Origin: Escherichia coli
Lineage (GTDB): Bacteria; Pseudomonadota; Gammaproteobacteria; Enterobacterales; Enterobacteriaceae
DNA: 64,000 bases
Direction: 5' to 3' (one strand)
Assembly: GCF_009931435.1 (NCBI RefSeq)
Contig: NZ_CP043414.1
Below, one piece after another: positions 35,519 to 46,479 of this stretch. Position numbers and translations under genes: made by a program. The notes beneath the pieces were generated by a model that saw only the letters and a program-made list of their open reading frames with translations, was not told the origin of the DNA and ran no database searches. Every line of letters begins with the position of its first letter. Within the stretch, counting starts at the first letter, position 1.

Positions 35519-37816
35519 ATGAAATGGCTATGTTCAGTAGGTATCGCGGTGAGTCTGGCCCTGCAACCAGCACTGGCGGATGATTTATTCGGTAACCATC
35601 CATTAACGCCTGAAGCGCGTGATGCGTTCGTCACCGAACTGCTCAAGAAAATGACAGTTGATGAGAAAATTGGTCAGCTGCGCTTAATCAGCGTCGGCCC
35701 GGATAACCCGAAAGAGGCGATCCGCGAGATGATCAAAGACGGGCAGGTTGGAGCGATTTTCAACACCGTAACCCGTCAGGATATCCGCGCCATGCAGGAT
35801 CAGGTGATGGAACTGAGCCGCCTGAAAATTCCTCTTTTCTTTGCTTATGACGTGCTGCACGGTCAACGCACGGTGTTCCCGATTAGCCTCGGTCTGGCCT
35901 CTTCTTTTAATCTTGATGCGGTGAAAACGGTCGGGCGTGTCTCTGCTTATGAAGCCGCAGATGATGGCCTGAACATGACCTGGGCACCGATGGTCGATGT
36001 CTCGCGCGATCCGCGCTGGGGACGTGCTTCCGAAGGTTTTGGGGAAGATACGTATCTCACTTCGATTATGGGTAAGACTATGGTGGAAGCGATGCAGGGT
36101 AAAAGCCCGGCAGATCGCTACTCGGTGATGACCAGCGTCAAACACTTTGCCGCTTACGGCGCGGTAGAAGGCGGTAAAGAGTACAACACCGTCGATATGA
36201 GTCCGCAGCGCCTGTTTAACGACTATATGCCGCCGTACAAAGCGGGGCTGGATGCAGGCAGCGGTGCGGTAATGGTGGCGCTGAACTCGCTGAATGGCAC
36301 GCCAGCAACTTCCGACTCCTGGCTGCTGAAAGATGTGCTGCGCGATCAGTGGGGCTTTAAAGGCATTACCGTTTCCGATCATGGCGCAATCAAAGAGCTG
36401 ATTAAACATGGCACGGCGGCAGACCCGGAAGATGCGGTGCGCGTGGCGCTGAAATCCGGCATCAACATGAGTATGAGCGATGAGTATTACTCGAAGTATC
36501 TGCCTGGGTTGATCAAATCCGGCAAAGTGACGATGGAAGAGCTGGACGACGCTGCCCGCCACGTGCTGAACGTCAAATATGATATGGGGCTGTTCAACGA
36601 CCCATACAGCCACCTTGGACCGAAAGAGTCTGACCCGGTGGATACTAATGCTGAAAGCCGCCTGCACCGCAAAGAAGCGCGTGAAGTGGCACGCGAAAGC
36701 CTGGTGTTGCTGAAAAACCGTCTCGAAACGTTACCGCTGAAAAAATCAGCCACCATTGCGGTGGTTGGGCCACTGGCGGACAGCAAACGTGACGTGATGG
36801 GCAGCTGGTCCGCAGCCGGTGTTGCCGATCAATCCGTGACCGTACTGACCGGGATTAAAAATGCCGTCGGTGAAAACGGTAAAGTGCTGTACGCCAAAGG
36901 GGCGAACGTTACCAGTGACAAAGGCATTATCGATTTCCTGAATCAGTATGAAGAGGCGGTCAAAGTCGATCCGCGTTCGCCCCAAGAGATGATTGATGAA
37001 GCGGTGCAAACCGCGAAACAATCTGATGTGGTGGTGGCTGTGGTCGGTGAAGCTCAGGGGATGGCGCACGAGGCTTCCAGCCGTACCGATATTACTATTC
37101 CGCAAAGCCAACGTGACTTGATTGCGGCGCTGAAAGCCACCGGTAAACCGCTGGTGCTGGTGCTGATGAACGGACGTCCACTGGCGCTGGTGAAAGAAGA
37201 TCAGCAGGCTGATGCGATTCTGGAAACCTGGTTTGCGGGGACTGAAGGCGGTAATGCGATTGCCGATGTGTTGTTTGGCGATTACAACCCGTCGGGCAAG
37301 CTGCCGATGTCCTTCCCGCGTTCTGTCGGGCAGATCCCGGTGTACTACAGCCATCTGAATACCGGTCGGCCGTATAATGCCGACAAGCCGAACAAATACA
37401 CTTCGCGTTATTTTGATGAAGCTAACGGGGCGCTGTATCCGTTCGGCTATGGTCTGAGCTATACCACCTTCACCGTCTCTGATGTGAAACTTTCTGCGCC
37501 GACCATGAAGCGTGACGGCAAAGTGACCGCCAGTGTGCAGGTGACGAACACCGGTAAGCGCGAAGGGGCGACGGTAGTGCAGATGTACTTGCAGGATGTG
37601 ACGGCTTCCATGAGTCGCCCGGTGAAGCAGCTGAAAGGCTTTGAGAAAATCACCCTGAAACCGGGCGAAACTCAGACCGTCAGCTTCCCGATTGATATCG
37701 AGGCGCTGAAGTTCTGGAATCAACAGATGAAATATGACGCCGAGCCTGGCAAGTTCAATGTCTTTATCGGCACTGATTCCGCACGCGTTAAGAAAGGCGA
37801 GTTTGAGTTGCTGTAA
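35519..37816 (+). CDS. bglX: Periplasmic beta-glucosidase (GH3)
   Basis: 765-aa product with signal peptide MKWLCSVGIAVSLALQPALA and GH3 blocks. Confidence 0.95.
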   Translation: MKWLCSVGIAVSLALQPALADDLFGNHPLTPEARDAFVTELLKKMTVDEKIGQLRLISVGPDNPKEAIREMIKDGQVGAIFNTVTRQDIRAMQDQVMELSRLKIPLFFAYDVLHGQRTVFPISLGLASSFNLDAVKTVGRVSAYEAADDGLNMTWAPMVDVSRDPRWGRASEGFGEDTYLTSIMGKTMVEAMQGKSPADRYSVMTSVKHFAAYGAVEGGKEYNTVDMSPQRLFNDYMPPYKAGLDAGSGAVMVALNSLNGTPATSDSWLLKDVLRDQWGFKGITVSDHGAIKELIKHGTAADPEDAVRVALKSGINMSMSDEYYSKYLPGLIKSGKVTMEELDDAARHVLNVKYDMGLFNDPYSHLGPKESDPVDTNAESRLHRKEAREVARESLVLLKNRLETLPLKKSATIAVVGPLADSKRDVMGSWSAAGVADQSVTVLTGIKNAVGENGKVLYAKGANVTSDKGIIDFLNQYEEAVKVDPRSPQEMIDEAVQTAKQSDVVVAVVGEAQGMAHEASSRTDITIPQSQRDLIAALKATGKPLVLVLMNGRPLALVKEDQQADAILETWFAGTEGGNAIADVLFGDYNPSGKLPMSFPRSVGQIPVYYSHLNTGRPYNADKPNKYTSRYFDEANGALYPFGYGLSYTTFTVSDVKLSAPTMKRDGKVTASVQVTNTGKREGATVVQMYLQDVTASMSRPVKQLKGFEKITLKPGETQTVSFPIDIEALKFWNQQMKYDAEPGKFNVFIGTDSARVKKGEFELL

Positions 37817-37825
37817 TGCTTTAGT

Positions 37826-37950
<125 letters not shown>

Positions 37951-38088
37951 ACGCCGGGCAAAATATGCCCTTTAAGTATTTATCTGATTCTGCAACTGAA
38001 TCCTTCCGCTCAGGCTAACCCCGCCATTATCAACTATGCTTTTCTCTTAATTCGCTGAAAACAACAGTAAAAGAATGAGGAAAGCATC

Positions 38089-39006
38089 ATGCCACTCTCA
38101 AAGCTCTGGGCAGGTTCACTGGTTTTGTTGGCAGCCGTGAGCCTGCCGCTACAGGCGGCTTCCCCCGTTAAAGTCGGTTCGAAAATCGATACCGAAGGCG
38201 CGCTACTCGGCAACATTATTTTGCAAGTGCTGGAAAGCCACGGCGTACCGACGGTGAATAAAGTCCAGTTGGGAACCACGCCGGTGGTGCGCGGGGCGAT
38301 TACTTCCGGTGAACTGGATATCTATCCGGAATATACCGGCAATGGCGCGTTTTTCTTTAAAGATGAAAACGATGCGGCGTGGAAAAATGCCGGGCAAGGC
38401 TACGAGAAAGTCAAAAAGCTCGATGCAGAACAAAACAAGTTAATCTGGCTGACGCCTGCGCCTGCAAATAACACCTGGACCATCGCCGTGCGTCAGGATG
38501 TTGCAGAGAAAAACAAACTCACTTCGCTTGCCGACCTGAGTCGTTATCTGAAAGACGGTGGCACCTTCAAACTGGCGGCCTCAGCAGAGTTTATCGAACG
38601 CGCCGATGCCTTACCCGCTTTTGAAAAAGCCTATGGCTTTAAGCTCAGTCAGGATCAGTTGCTGTCACTGGCCGGTGGCGACACTGCGGTGACAATCAAA
38701 GCTGCTGCCCAGCAAACATCCGGCGTTAATGCGGCGATGGCTTACGGCACCGACGGCCCGGTCGCGGCGCTGGGGCTGCAAACCTTAAGCGATCCGCAAG
38801 GCGTGCAACCTATCTACGCGCCTGCACCAGTGGTGCGTGAATCGGTGTTGAAGGAGTATCCGCAAATGGCACAGTGGCTACAGCCAGTCTTCGCCAGCCT
38901 CGATGCAAAAACATTGCAGCAACTGAATGCCAGCATTGCTGTGGAAGGACTGGATGCCAAAAAAGTGGCTGCCGACTACCTGAAACAAAAAGGGTGGACG
39001 AAGTAA
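38089..39006 (+). CDS. osmF: Periplasmic glycine betaine/osmoprotectant-binding protein OsmF (YehZ)
   Basis: 305-aa ORF with signal peptide; first gene of the yehZYXW ABC operon. Confidence 0.9.
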   Translation: MPLSKLWAGSLVLLAAVSLPLQAASPVKVGSKIDTEGALLGNIILQVLESHGVPTVNKVQLGTTPVVRGAITSGELDIYPEYTGNGAFFFKDENDAAWKNAGQGYEKVKKLDAEQNKLIWLTPAPANNTWTIAVRQDVAEKNKLTSLADLSRYLKDGGTFKLAASAEFIERADALPAFEKAYGFKLSQDQLLSLAGGDTAVTIKAAAQQTSGVNAAMAYGTDGPVAALGLQTLSDPQGVQPIYAPAPVVRESVLKEYPQMAQWLQPVFASLDAKTLQQLNASIAVEGLDAKKVAADYLKQKGWTK

Positions 39007-39012
39007 TTTCCC

Positions 39013-40170
39013 GTGACTTATTTCCGTATTAATCCTGTTCTGGCGCTGCTACTGTTGCTGACGGCAATCGCAGCGGCGCTGCCGTTTATCAGTTACGCGC
39101 CTAATCGTTTAGTCTCGGGTGAGGGGCGTCATCTCTGGCAGCTGTGGCCGCAAACGATCTGGATGCTGGTGGGCGTTGGTTGCGCCTGGCTGACCGCCTG
39201 TTTTATTCCCGGTAAAAAAGGCAGCATTTTTGCACTCATTCTGGCGCAATTCGTCTTCATATTGCTGGTGTGGGGCGCGGGAAAGGCGGCGACACAACTG
39301 GCGCAAAATGGCAGTGCGCTGGCGCGTACCAGCCTCGGCAGTGGTTTCTGGCTGGCTGCGGCGCTGGCATTGCTGGCCTGTAGCGATGCCATCCGCCGAA
39401 TCTCCACGCATCCGCTGTGGCGCTGGTTGTTGCATATGCAGATTGCCATTATTCCGCTGTGGTTGCTGTATTCCGGCGCGCTTAACGATCTCTCGCTAAT
39501 GAAAGAATACGCCAACCGTCAGGATGTATTTAATGACGCGCTGGCGCAACATCTGACGTTGCTGTTTGGTGCGGTGCTGCCTGCGTTAGTGATTGGTGTG
39601 CCGCTGGGCGTCTGGTGCTACTTTTCCACTGCGCGGCAGGGGGCGATTTTTTCTCTGCTGAATGTCATTCAGACCGTGCCTTCGGTGGCGCTCTTTGGCC
39701 TGTTGATTGCGCCGCTTGCCGCGCTGGTTACGGCCTTTCCGTGGCTGGGTAAGCTCGGCATAGCAGGAACCGGAATGACACCCGCACTGATTGCGCTGGT
39801 GCTCTATGCCTTGCTGCCGCTGGTGCGCGGTGTGGTAGTCGGCTTGAACCAGATCCCGCGCGATGTGCTGGAGAGCGCCAGAGCGATGGGCATGAGCGGG
39901 GCGCAGCGATTCCTGCATGTTCAGTTACCGCTGGCGTTACCGGTATTTCTGCGCAGCCTGCGGGTGGTGATGGTGCAAACCGTCGGCATGGCGGTGATTG
40001 CGGCGTTAATCGGCGCAGGTGGTTTTGGTGCGCTGGTTTTCCAGGGGCTGCTAAGCAGTGCCATTGATTTAGTGTTGCTGGGGGTGATCCCGGTAATCGT
40101 ACTGGCGGTGCTGATCGACGCACTGTTCGATCTGGTTATCGCACTGCTGAAGGTGAAAAGTAATGATTGA
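39013..40170 (+). CDS. yehY: ABC transporter permease YehY
   Basis: 385-aa membrane ORF with permease EAA-like loop. Confidence 0.9.
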   Translation: MTYFRINPVLALLLLLTAIAAALPFISYAPNRLVSGEGRHLWQLWPQTIWMLVGVGCAWLTACFIPGKKGSIFALILAQFVFILLVWGAGKAATQLAQNGSALARTSLGSGFWLAAALALLACSDAIRRISTHPLWRWLLHMQIAIIPLWLLYSGALNDLSLMKEYANRQDVFNDALAQHLTLLFGAVLPALVIGVPLGVWCYFSTARQGAIFSLLNVIQTVPSVALFGLLIAPLAALVTAFPWLGKLGIAGTGMTPALIALVLYALLPLVRGVVVGLNQIPRDVLESARAMGMSGAQRFLHVQLPLALPVFLRSLRVVMVQTVGMAVIAALIGAGGFGALVFQGLLSSAIDLVLLGVIPVIVLAVLIDALFDLVIALLKVKSND

Positions 40171-41089
40171 ATTTAGCCATGTCAGCAAACTGTTCGGCAC
40201 ACAAAAAGCCGTTAACGATCTCAATCTCAATTTTCAGGAGGGGAGTTTTTCGGTGCTGATTGGTACATCAGGCTCCGGTAAATCCACCACATTGAAAATG
40301 ATCAACCGTCTGGTAGAGCATGACAGCGGAGTGATCCGCTTTGCCGGAGAAGAAATTCGCTCGCTGCCAGTGCTGGAGTTGCGCCGCCGGATGGGCTATG
40401 CCATTCAATCTATTGGCCTGTTTCCCCACTGGAGCGTGGCGCAAAACATTGCCACTGTGCCGCAATTACAAAAATGGCCTCGGGCGCGGATCGACGACCG
40501 TATTGACGAATTAATGGCGCTACTGGGGCTGGAGCCAAATTTGCGTGAGCGTTATCCGCATCAGCTTTCCGGCGGTCAGCAGCAACGTGTGGGAGTGGCG
40601 CGCGCACTGGCTGCCGATCCGCAAGTCTTATTGATGGATGAACCCTTTGGCGCACTGGACCCGGTAACGCGCGGTGCGTTGCAACAAGAGATGACGCGCA
40701 TTCACCGTTTGCTGGGGCGTACCATTGTGCTGGTCACTCATGATATTGATGAGGCGCTACGGCTGGCAGAACATCTGGTATTGATGGATCACGGTGAAGT
40801 GGTGCAGCAGGGTAATCCTCTGGCGATGCTGACTCGTCCGGCGAATGATTTCGTCCGCCAGTTTTTTGGCCGTAGTGAACTGGGTGTGCGCCTGCTTTCG
40901 TTACGTAGCGTGGCGGATTATGTGCGTCGCGAAGAGCGGGCTGAAGGTGAGGCGCTGGCAGAAGAGATGACGCTACGCGATGCGCTCTCCCTGTTTGTCG
41001 CGCGGGGATGCGAAGTGCTGCCGGTGGTGAACACGCAGGGCCAGCCTTGCGGTACGCTGCATTTTCAGGATCTGCTGGTGGAGGCGTAA
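40163..41089 (+). CDS. yehX: ABC transporter ATPase YehX (with C-terminal CBS-like region)
   Basis: Walker [10 protein letters not shown], signature LSGGQQQRV; 8-nt overlap with yehY. Confidence 0.9.
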   Translation: MIEFSHVSKLFGTQKAVNDLNLNFQEGSFSVLIGTSGSGKSTTLKMINRLVEHDSGVIRFAGEEIRSLPVLELRRRMGYAIQSIGLFPHWSVAQNIATVPQLQKWPRARIDDRIDELMALLGLEPNLRERYPHQLSGGQQQRVGVARALAADPQVLLMDEPFGALDPVTRGALQQEMTRIHRLLGRTIVLVTHDIDEALRLAEHLVLMDHGEVVQQGNPLAMLTRPANDFVRQFFGRSELGVRLLSLRSVADYVRREERAEGEALAEEMTLRDALSLFVARGCEVLPVVNTQGQPCGTLHFQDLLVEA

Positions 41090-41093
41090 GCGT

Positions 41094-41825
41094 ATGAAGA
41101 TGTTGCGCGATCCGCTGTTCTGGCTCATTGCTCTGTTTGTGGCACTGATTTTCTGGCTGCCTTACAGCCAGCCGCTGTTTTCTGCCTTGTTCCCACAACT
41201 GCCACGCCCCGTTTATCAGCAAGAAAGTTTTGCTGCTCTGGCACTGGCTCATTTCTGGCTGGTGGGAATTTCGAGTTTGTTTGCGGTGATCATTGGCACA
41301 GGTGCCGGAATTATTGTTACTCGCCCGTGGGGCGCGGAATTTCGCCCACTGGTGGAAACTATTGCCGCCGTTGGGCAGACTTTTCCGCCCGTTGCGGTGC
41401 TGGCGATTGCTGTTCCGGTGATGGGGTTTGGTCAGCAACCGGCGATTATCGCCTTGATCCTGTACGGTGTGCTGCCCGTCCTGCAGGCGACACTTGCCGG
41501 GCTGGGATCGATTGATGCCAGCGTGACAGAAGTTGCTAAGGGTATGGGAATGAGCCGTGGACAGCGACTGCGTAAGGTTGAGCTACCGCTGGCAGCTCCA
41601 GTGATTCTGGCGGGTGTACGAACTTCGGTGATTATCAACATTGGCACGGCGACGATCGCCTCAACGGTAGGGGCCAACACGCTGGGTACGCCCATCATCA
41701 TCGGACTTAGCGGATTTAATACTGCGTATGTGATCCAGGGAGCGTTACTGGTGGCACTGGCGGCGATCATCGCAGACCGCCTGTTTGAAAGGCTGGTGCA
41801 GGCGCTTAGCCAGCACGCAAAATAA
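41094..41825 (+). CDS. yehW: ABC transporter permease YehW
   Basis: 243-aa membrane ORF. Confidence 0.9.
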
Positions 41826-41913
41826 AGGTATAACCTGCGAGCATGACGCCACCAATTCCGCCTAACGCCATAAAAAGGAACAGGGCGATGACCCCAATTT
41901 TAGCTATGCGCAT
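41806..41913 (-). CDS. yohO: Small membrane protein YohO (35 aa, [35 protein letters not shown])
   Basis: Hand-translated minus-strand ORF matching my recollection of YohO; its 3' end overlaps the 3' end of yehW by about 20 nt on the opposite strand. Confidence 0.65.
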
Positions 41914-41972
41914 AATGCACTCCTTATGTTAACGAAAGGATTGTACAGTAAAGCGCATTTGTTAACGAATCA

Positions 41973-42704
41973 TTAAATGCCGAGTGGGAAAATATCATGG
42001 CCTTGTTCCTGCCAACTGGTAAGTTGCTGCTGTTGGGCAGAGGTTCGATTTTCACCGCACCACACCAGCAATGTACGGCCTTCGAACAGTTCAGGGCGTA
42101 GTTGATTGAGCGAGTGGGCGAGGACATCAATGCGCCATCCTTGTTGACTGGCAATCCAGCCCTCTAGCCACAGACGGGTGGTATCCTGAATATTCCAGCC
42201 AACCACCAGCGCATCTTTACCCTGTTTTTTACGTGCCGAAGCCAGACAAATGGCGATGTAGTTGATCAGTACGCCGTCGAGGATCGCCAGCAGCGCCTGG
42301 AGAGTCGGTTGTTGGCACTGAAGCCGTCGGCGCAGAGGAATAAACAGGTGCGTGGTGAGTGTCTGGGCGGGGTAATCCTGACCGCGCTCTTTGATCCACG
42401 TTCGCAGGCTATGCAGATTGCCACTTTGCAGGTAAGTCAGTAATGTTTCTTGCTGATCGCGCCAGCCGTTCTGCACATCAACATTTTCATTACTGAGCAG
42501 CATTTTAACTTTGCTGACCTGCACGCCGTTGTCGATCCAGCGTTTGATCTCGCGGATCCGGTCAATATCGGCATCATTGAACAGCCGATGACCGCCGTCT
42601 GTCCGTTGCGGTTTCAGCAATCCGTAACGCCTCTGCCACGCGCGTAACGTGACAGGGTTAATATCACAAAGCAACGCCACTTCACCAATTGTGTAAAGCG
42701 CCAT
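41973..42704 (-). CDS. mlrA: MerR-family regulator MlrA (csgD activator)
   Basis: N-terminal MerR HTH MALYTIGEVALLCDINPVTLRAWQRRYGLLKPQRTDGGHRLF. Confidence 0.9.
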   Translation of the reverse strand: MALYTIGEVALLCDINPVTLRAWQRRYGLLKPQRTDGGHRLFNDADIDRIREIKRWIDNGVQVSKVKMLLSNENVDVQNGWRDQQETLLTYLQSGNLHSLRTWIKERGQDYPAQTLTTHLFIPLRRRLQCQQPTLQALLAILDGVLINYIAICLASARKKQGKDALVVGWNIQDTTRLWLEGWIASQQGWRIDVLAHSLNQLRPELFEGRTLLVWCGENRTSAQQQQLTSWQEQGHDIFPLGI

Positions 42705-42925
42705 CGTCTCACCCTTGCTCGCGAGGTCCCAGTTTAACTTTAGACGCAGTTTTGCGAACCAGGTAGTTTTGCCCGTTTTTTGTTCATCTATAGGGTGATT
42801 TTATTTTTGCCAGGCGATTTTGAGTGATCGTACTCACGAATTCTCATTTTTCTGCAAGAGTTCAAAGAAAGTTAAACGCAGGCAATGTATGTTACGCGTT
42901 TTAAAGGGAAGTGTGGTTTGCGGGT

Positions 42926-44611
42926 ATGTACGATTTTAATCTGGTGTTGCTGCTGCTTCAGCAGATGTGCGTTTTTTTAGTCATTGCGTGGTTAATGAGT
43001 AAAACGCCATTATTCATACCGTTAATGCAGGTCACGGTTCGTCTGCCGCATAAATTTCTCTGCTACATCGTCTTTTCCATTTTCTGCATCATGGGCACCT
43101 GGTTTGGGCTGCATATTGACGATTCTATTGCCAATACCCGTGCGATAGGCGCGGTAATGGGCGGCTTACTCGGCGGTCCGGTCGTCGGTGGGCTGGTTGG
43201 TCTGACCGGCGGGTTACATCGATATTCGATGGGGGGCATGACCGCGCTAAGTTGCATGATCTCGACCATCGTTGAAGGATTGCTCGGCGGCCTGGTACAC
43301 AGCATCCTGATCCGTCGCGGGCGCACTGATAAAGTCTTTAACCCCATTACCGCCGGTGCCGTCACGTTCGTCGCTGAAATGGTGCAAATGTTGATCATCC
43401 TGGCGATCGCCCGACCTTATGAAGATGCGGTGCGTCTGGTGAGTAATATTGCTGCGCCAATGATGGTCACCAATACCGTCGGCGCGGCGCTGTTTATGCG
43501 TATATTGCTCGATAAACGCGCGATGTTTGAAAAATACACTTCGGCTTTTTCTGCTACTGCGCTGAAAGTGGCTGCCTCGACGGAAGGCATTTTGCGCCAG
43601 GGGTTTAACGAAGTGAACAGCATGAAAGTGGCACAGGTGCTGTATCAGGAGCTGGATATTGGTGCAGTCGCGATTACCGATCGAGAGAAATTGCTGGCCT
43701 TTACCGGAATTGGTGACGACCACCATTTACCCGGCAAACCGATTTCTTCGACTTATACCTTAAAAGCGATTGAAACCGGTGAAGTGGTCTACGCCGATGG
43801 CAACGAAGTGCCTTACCGTTGCTCGTTGCATCCGCAATGCAAACTGGGTTCGACGCTGGTGATTCCGTTGCGTGGTGAAAATCAGCGGGTGATGGGCACC
43901 ATCAAATTGTATGAAGCCAAAAACCGTTTGTTCAGTTCAATCAATCGCACGCTGGGCGAGGGGATTGCGCAATTGCTTTCGGCGCAGATTCTCGCTGGGC
44001 AATATGAGCGGCAAAAAGCGATGCTCACCCAGTCAGAGATCAAACTACTTCACGCCCAGGTGAACCCCCATTTTCTGTTCAATGCGCTTAACACCATTAA
44101 AGCGGTGATCCGCCGCGACAGCGAACAGGCCAGTCAGCTGGTGCAGTATCTTTCCACTTTTTTCCGTAAAAACTTAAAGCGGCCTTCGGAGTTTGTTACT
44201 CTCGCCGACGAAATTGAACATGTGAATGCTTATCTGCAAATTGAAAAGGCGCGCTTCCAGTCGCGGTTGCAGGTCAACATTGCTATTCCGCAAGAATTAT
44301 CCCAGCAGCAATTGCCCGCGTTTACCCTGCAACCGATTGTGGAAAACGCTATTAAACATGGGACATCACAACTGCTCGATACAGGGCGAGTGGAAATCAG
44401 CGCCCGACGTGAGGGGCAACATTTGATGCTGGAGATCGAAGACAATGCTGGTTTGTATCAACCGGTAACCAATGCCAGTGGGCTGGGGATGAATCTGGTG
44501 GATAAGCGTTTACGTGAACGGTTTGGCGATGACTATGGGATAAGCGTCGCCTGTGAGCCTGATAGTTACACCCGAATAACGTTACGACTACCATGGAGGG
44601 ACGAGGCATGA
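42926..44611 (+). CDS. btsS: LytS-type sensor histidine kinase BtsS (YehU)
   Basis: 561-aa product; 5TM-LytS N-terminus, GAF-like region, HisKA_3 (HFLFNAL) and HATPase blocks. Confidence 0.9.
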   Translation: MYDFNLVLLLLQQMCVFLVIAWLMSKTPLFIPLMQVTVRLPHKFLCYIVFSIFCIMGTWFGLHIDDSIANTRAIGAVMGGLLGGPVVGGLVGLTGGLHRYSMGGMTALSCMISTIVEGLLGGLVHSILIRRGRTDKVFNPITAGAVTFVAEMVQMLIILAIARPYEDAVRLVSNIAAPMMVTNTVGAALFMRILLDKRAMFEKYTSAFSATALKVAASTEGILRQGFNEVNSMKVAQVLYQELDIGAVAITDREKLLAFTGIGDDHHLPGKPISSTYTLKAIETGEVVYADGNEVPYRCSLHPQCKLGSTLVIPLRGENQRVMGTIKLYEAKNRLFSSINRTLGEGIAQLLSAQILAGQYERQKAMLTQSEIKLLHAQVNPHFLFNALNTIKAVIRRDSEQASQLVQYLSTFFRKNLKRPSEFVTLADEIEHVNAYLQIEKARFQSRLQVNIAIPQELSQQQLPAFTLQPIVENAIKHGTSQLLDTGRVEISARREGQHLMLEIEDNAGLYQPVTNASGLGMNLVDKRLRERFGDDYGISVACEPDSYTRITLRLPWRDEA

Positions 44612-45327
44612 TTAAAGTCTTAATTGTCGATGATGAGCCGTTAGCACGGGAGAACCTGCGCGTATTTTTGCAGGAGCAGAGTGATATTGAAATTGTCGGC
44701 GAGTGTTCAAACGCTGTAGAAGGGATCGGCGCGGTGCATAAACTGCGCCCGGACGTGCTGTTTCTTGATATCCAGATGCCGCGTATTAGCGGTCTGGAAA
44801 TGGTGGGGATGCTCGACCCGGAACATCGTCCGTATATCGTTTTTCTCACCGCGTTTGACGAATACGCCATTAAAGCCTTTGAAGAACATGCATTTGATTA
44901 TCTCCTGAAGCCAATTGATGAAGCGCGGCTGGAGAAAACGCTGGCGCGTTTGCGTCAGGAGCGCAGCAAGCAGGATGTTTCGCTGTTACCGGAAAATCAA
45001 CAGGCGCTGAAATTTATCCCTTGTACGGGGCATAGTCGGATTTATTTGCTGCAAATGAGAGATGTAGCATTTGTCAGCAGTCGGATGAGCGGTGTCTACG
45101 TTACCAGCCACGAAGGGAAAGAAGGTTTTACCGAACTGACTTTGCGCACCCTGGAGAGCCGTACACCACTACTGCGCTGCCATCGTCAGTACCTGGTTAA
45201 CCTCGCGCATTTACAGGAGATTCGTCTGGAAGATAACGGCCAGGCCGAGTTGATTTTACGTAATGGCTTAACTGTTCCGGTCAGCCGCCGCTATCTGAAA
45301 AGTTTAAAAGAGGCGATTGGCCTGTAA
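44608..45327 (+). CDS. btsR: LytTR-family response regulator BtsR (YehT)
   Basis: N-terminus [16 protein letters not shown]; 4-nt overlap with btsS. Confidence 0.9.
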   Translation: MIKVLIVDDEPLARENLRVFLQEQSDIEIVGECSNAVEGIGAVHKLRPDVLFLDIQMPRISGLEMVGMLDPEHRPYIVFLTAFDEYAIKAFEEHAFDYLLKPIDEARLEKTLARLRQERSKQDVSLLPENQQALKFIPCTGHSRIYLLQMRDVAFVSSRMSGVYVTSHEGKEGFTELTLRTLESRTPLLRCHRQYLVNLAHLQEIRLEDNGQAELILRNGLTVPVSRRYLKSLKEAIGL

Positions 45328-45373
45328 AAGACTGCTAAAATGGTTTTTTGCCTCATCAACACCTGAAGGCCTC

Positions 45374-45844
45374 ATGCTAAGTAACGATATTCTGCGCAGC
45401 GTGCGCTACATTTTGAAAGCCAATAATAACGACCTGGTGCGCATTCTGGCGCTGGGTAATGTCGAAGCCACTGCGGAACAGATCGCCGTCTGGCTACGCA
45501 AAGAAGACGAAGAAGGGTTTCAGCGTTGTCCGGACATTGTTCTGTCTTCATTCCTGAATGGCCTGATTTATGAAAAACGTGGCAAGGATGAGTCAGCGCC
45601 GGCACTGGAGCCGGAACGTCGCATTAATAACAACATCGTGCTGAAAAAATTACGTATCGCGTTTTCGCTGAAAACTGATGATATTCTGGCGATCCTTACC
45701 GAACAGCAGTTCCGCGTTTCGATGCCGGAAATTACGGCGATGATGCGTGCACCGGATCATAAAAACTTCCGCGAATGCGGCGATCAATTTTTACGTTATT
45801 TTTTGCGTGGACTGGCAGCGCGCCAGCATGTGAAGAAAAGCTAA
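45374..45844 (+). CDS. yehS: DUF1456 protein YehS
   Basis: 156-aa product starting MLSNDILRSVRYILK. Confidence 0.8.
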   Translation: MLSNDILRSVRYILKANNNDLVRILALGNVEATAEQIAVWLRKEDEEGFQRCPDIVLSSFLNGLIYEKRGKDESAPALEPERRINNNIVLKKLRIAFSLKTDDILAILTEQQFRVSMPEITAMMRAPDHKNFRECGDQFLRYFLRGLAARQHVKKS

Positions 45845-45849
45845 GACGG

Positions 45850-45885
45850 GCATGGCGGCCATGCGAAAAACATGGCCGCCGACAG
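45850..45885. terminator. Bidirectional hairpin (ggcggccat-gcgaaaaac-atggccgcc) between convergent yehS and yehR
   Basis: 9-bp perfect stem seen in sequence. Confidence 0.45.
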
Positions 45886-45886
45886 A

Positions 45887-46348
45887 TTATTTCACTTCTT
45901 TAAAACCAGCGGCTTTCATCACCAGTTCCATTTGCGCCATAGTGATACCTTTTTTGGCATCTTCAGCAGAAACGTTGATACCTGAAATACCCTGCAGGGC
46001 TTTAAAATCAACTTTTTCCATATCGATAGTCACGTTTTCCTGAGCATAAGTATCGGTAAAGGTTAATTTTTCTTCAACGCCAGGGATGTTTTTATATTTG
46101 GCACTTAACGGCTCAAGTGTCTTGGCAGCATCTTCTTTGGTGGTTGCACCAATGGAAGCAAATTGAATTTTGGTTTCAGAAGATTGCTTAAGAACCTTGT
46201 CACCTTTGTAGACATAGGTAATAGCAATTTCAGTACCGTTCAGATTAGCGCTAAATTTCTTCGATTCTTCTTTGTCACCGCAGCCAGCAAGAGAGAAAAC
46301 CAGAACAGATGCAACAACAAGGGAAAACAGCTTATTGAAAGCCTTCAT
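45887..46348 (-). CDS. yehR: Lipoprotein YehR (DUF1307)
   Basis: Signal peptide plus lipobox MKAFNKLFSLVVASVLVFSLAGC. Confidence 0.85.
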   Translation of the reverse strand: MKAFNKLFSLVVASVLVFSLAGCGDKEESKKFSANLNGTEIAITYVYKGDKVLKQSSETKIQFASIGATTKEDAAKTLEPLSAKYKNIPGVEEKLTFTDTYAQENVTIDMEKVDFKALQGISGINVSAEDAKKGITMAQMELVMKAAGFKEVK

Positions 46349-46479
46349 GTAAAACTCCATTTTATTTAATCAAGGAACTGGTGACCACACCAGGGGCCAT
46401 ATAGGATATGCCTAATACCTTGGCGTGAGCAGTCCGGAACTGGAGTAGAACTCTTTGTAAAAAGCACTATTTGTTCTTG

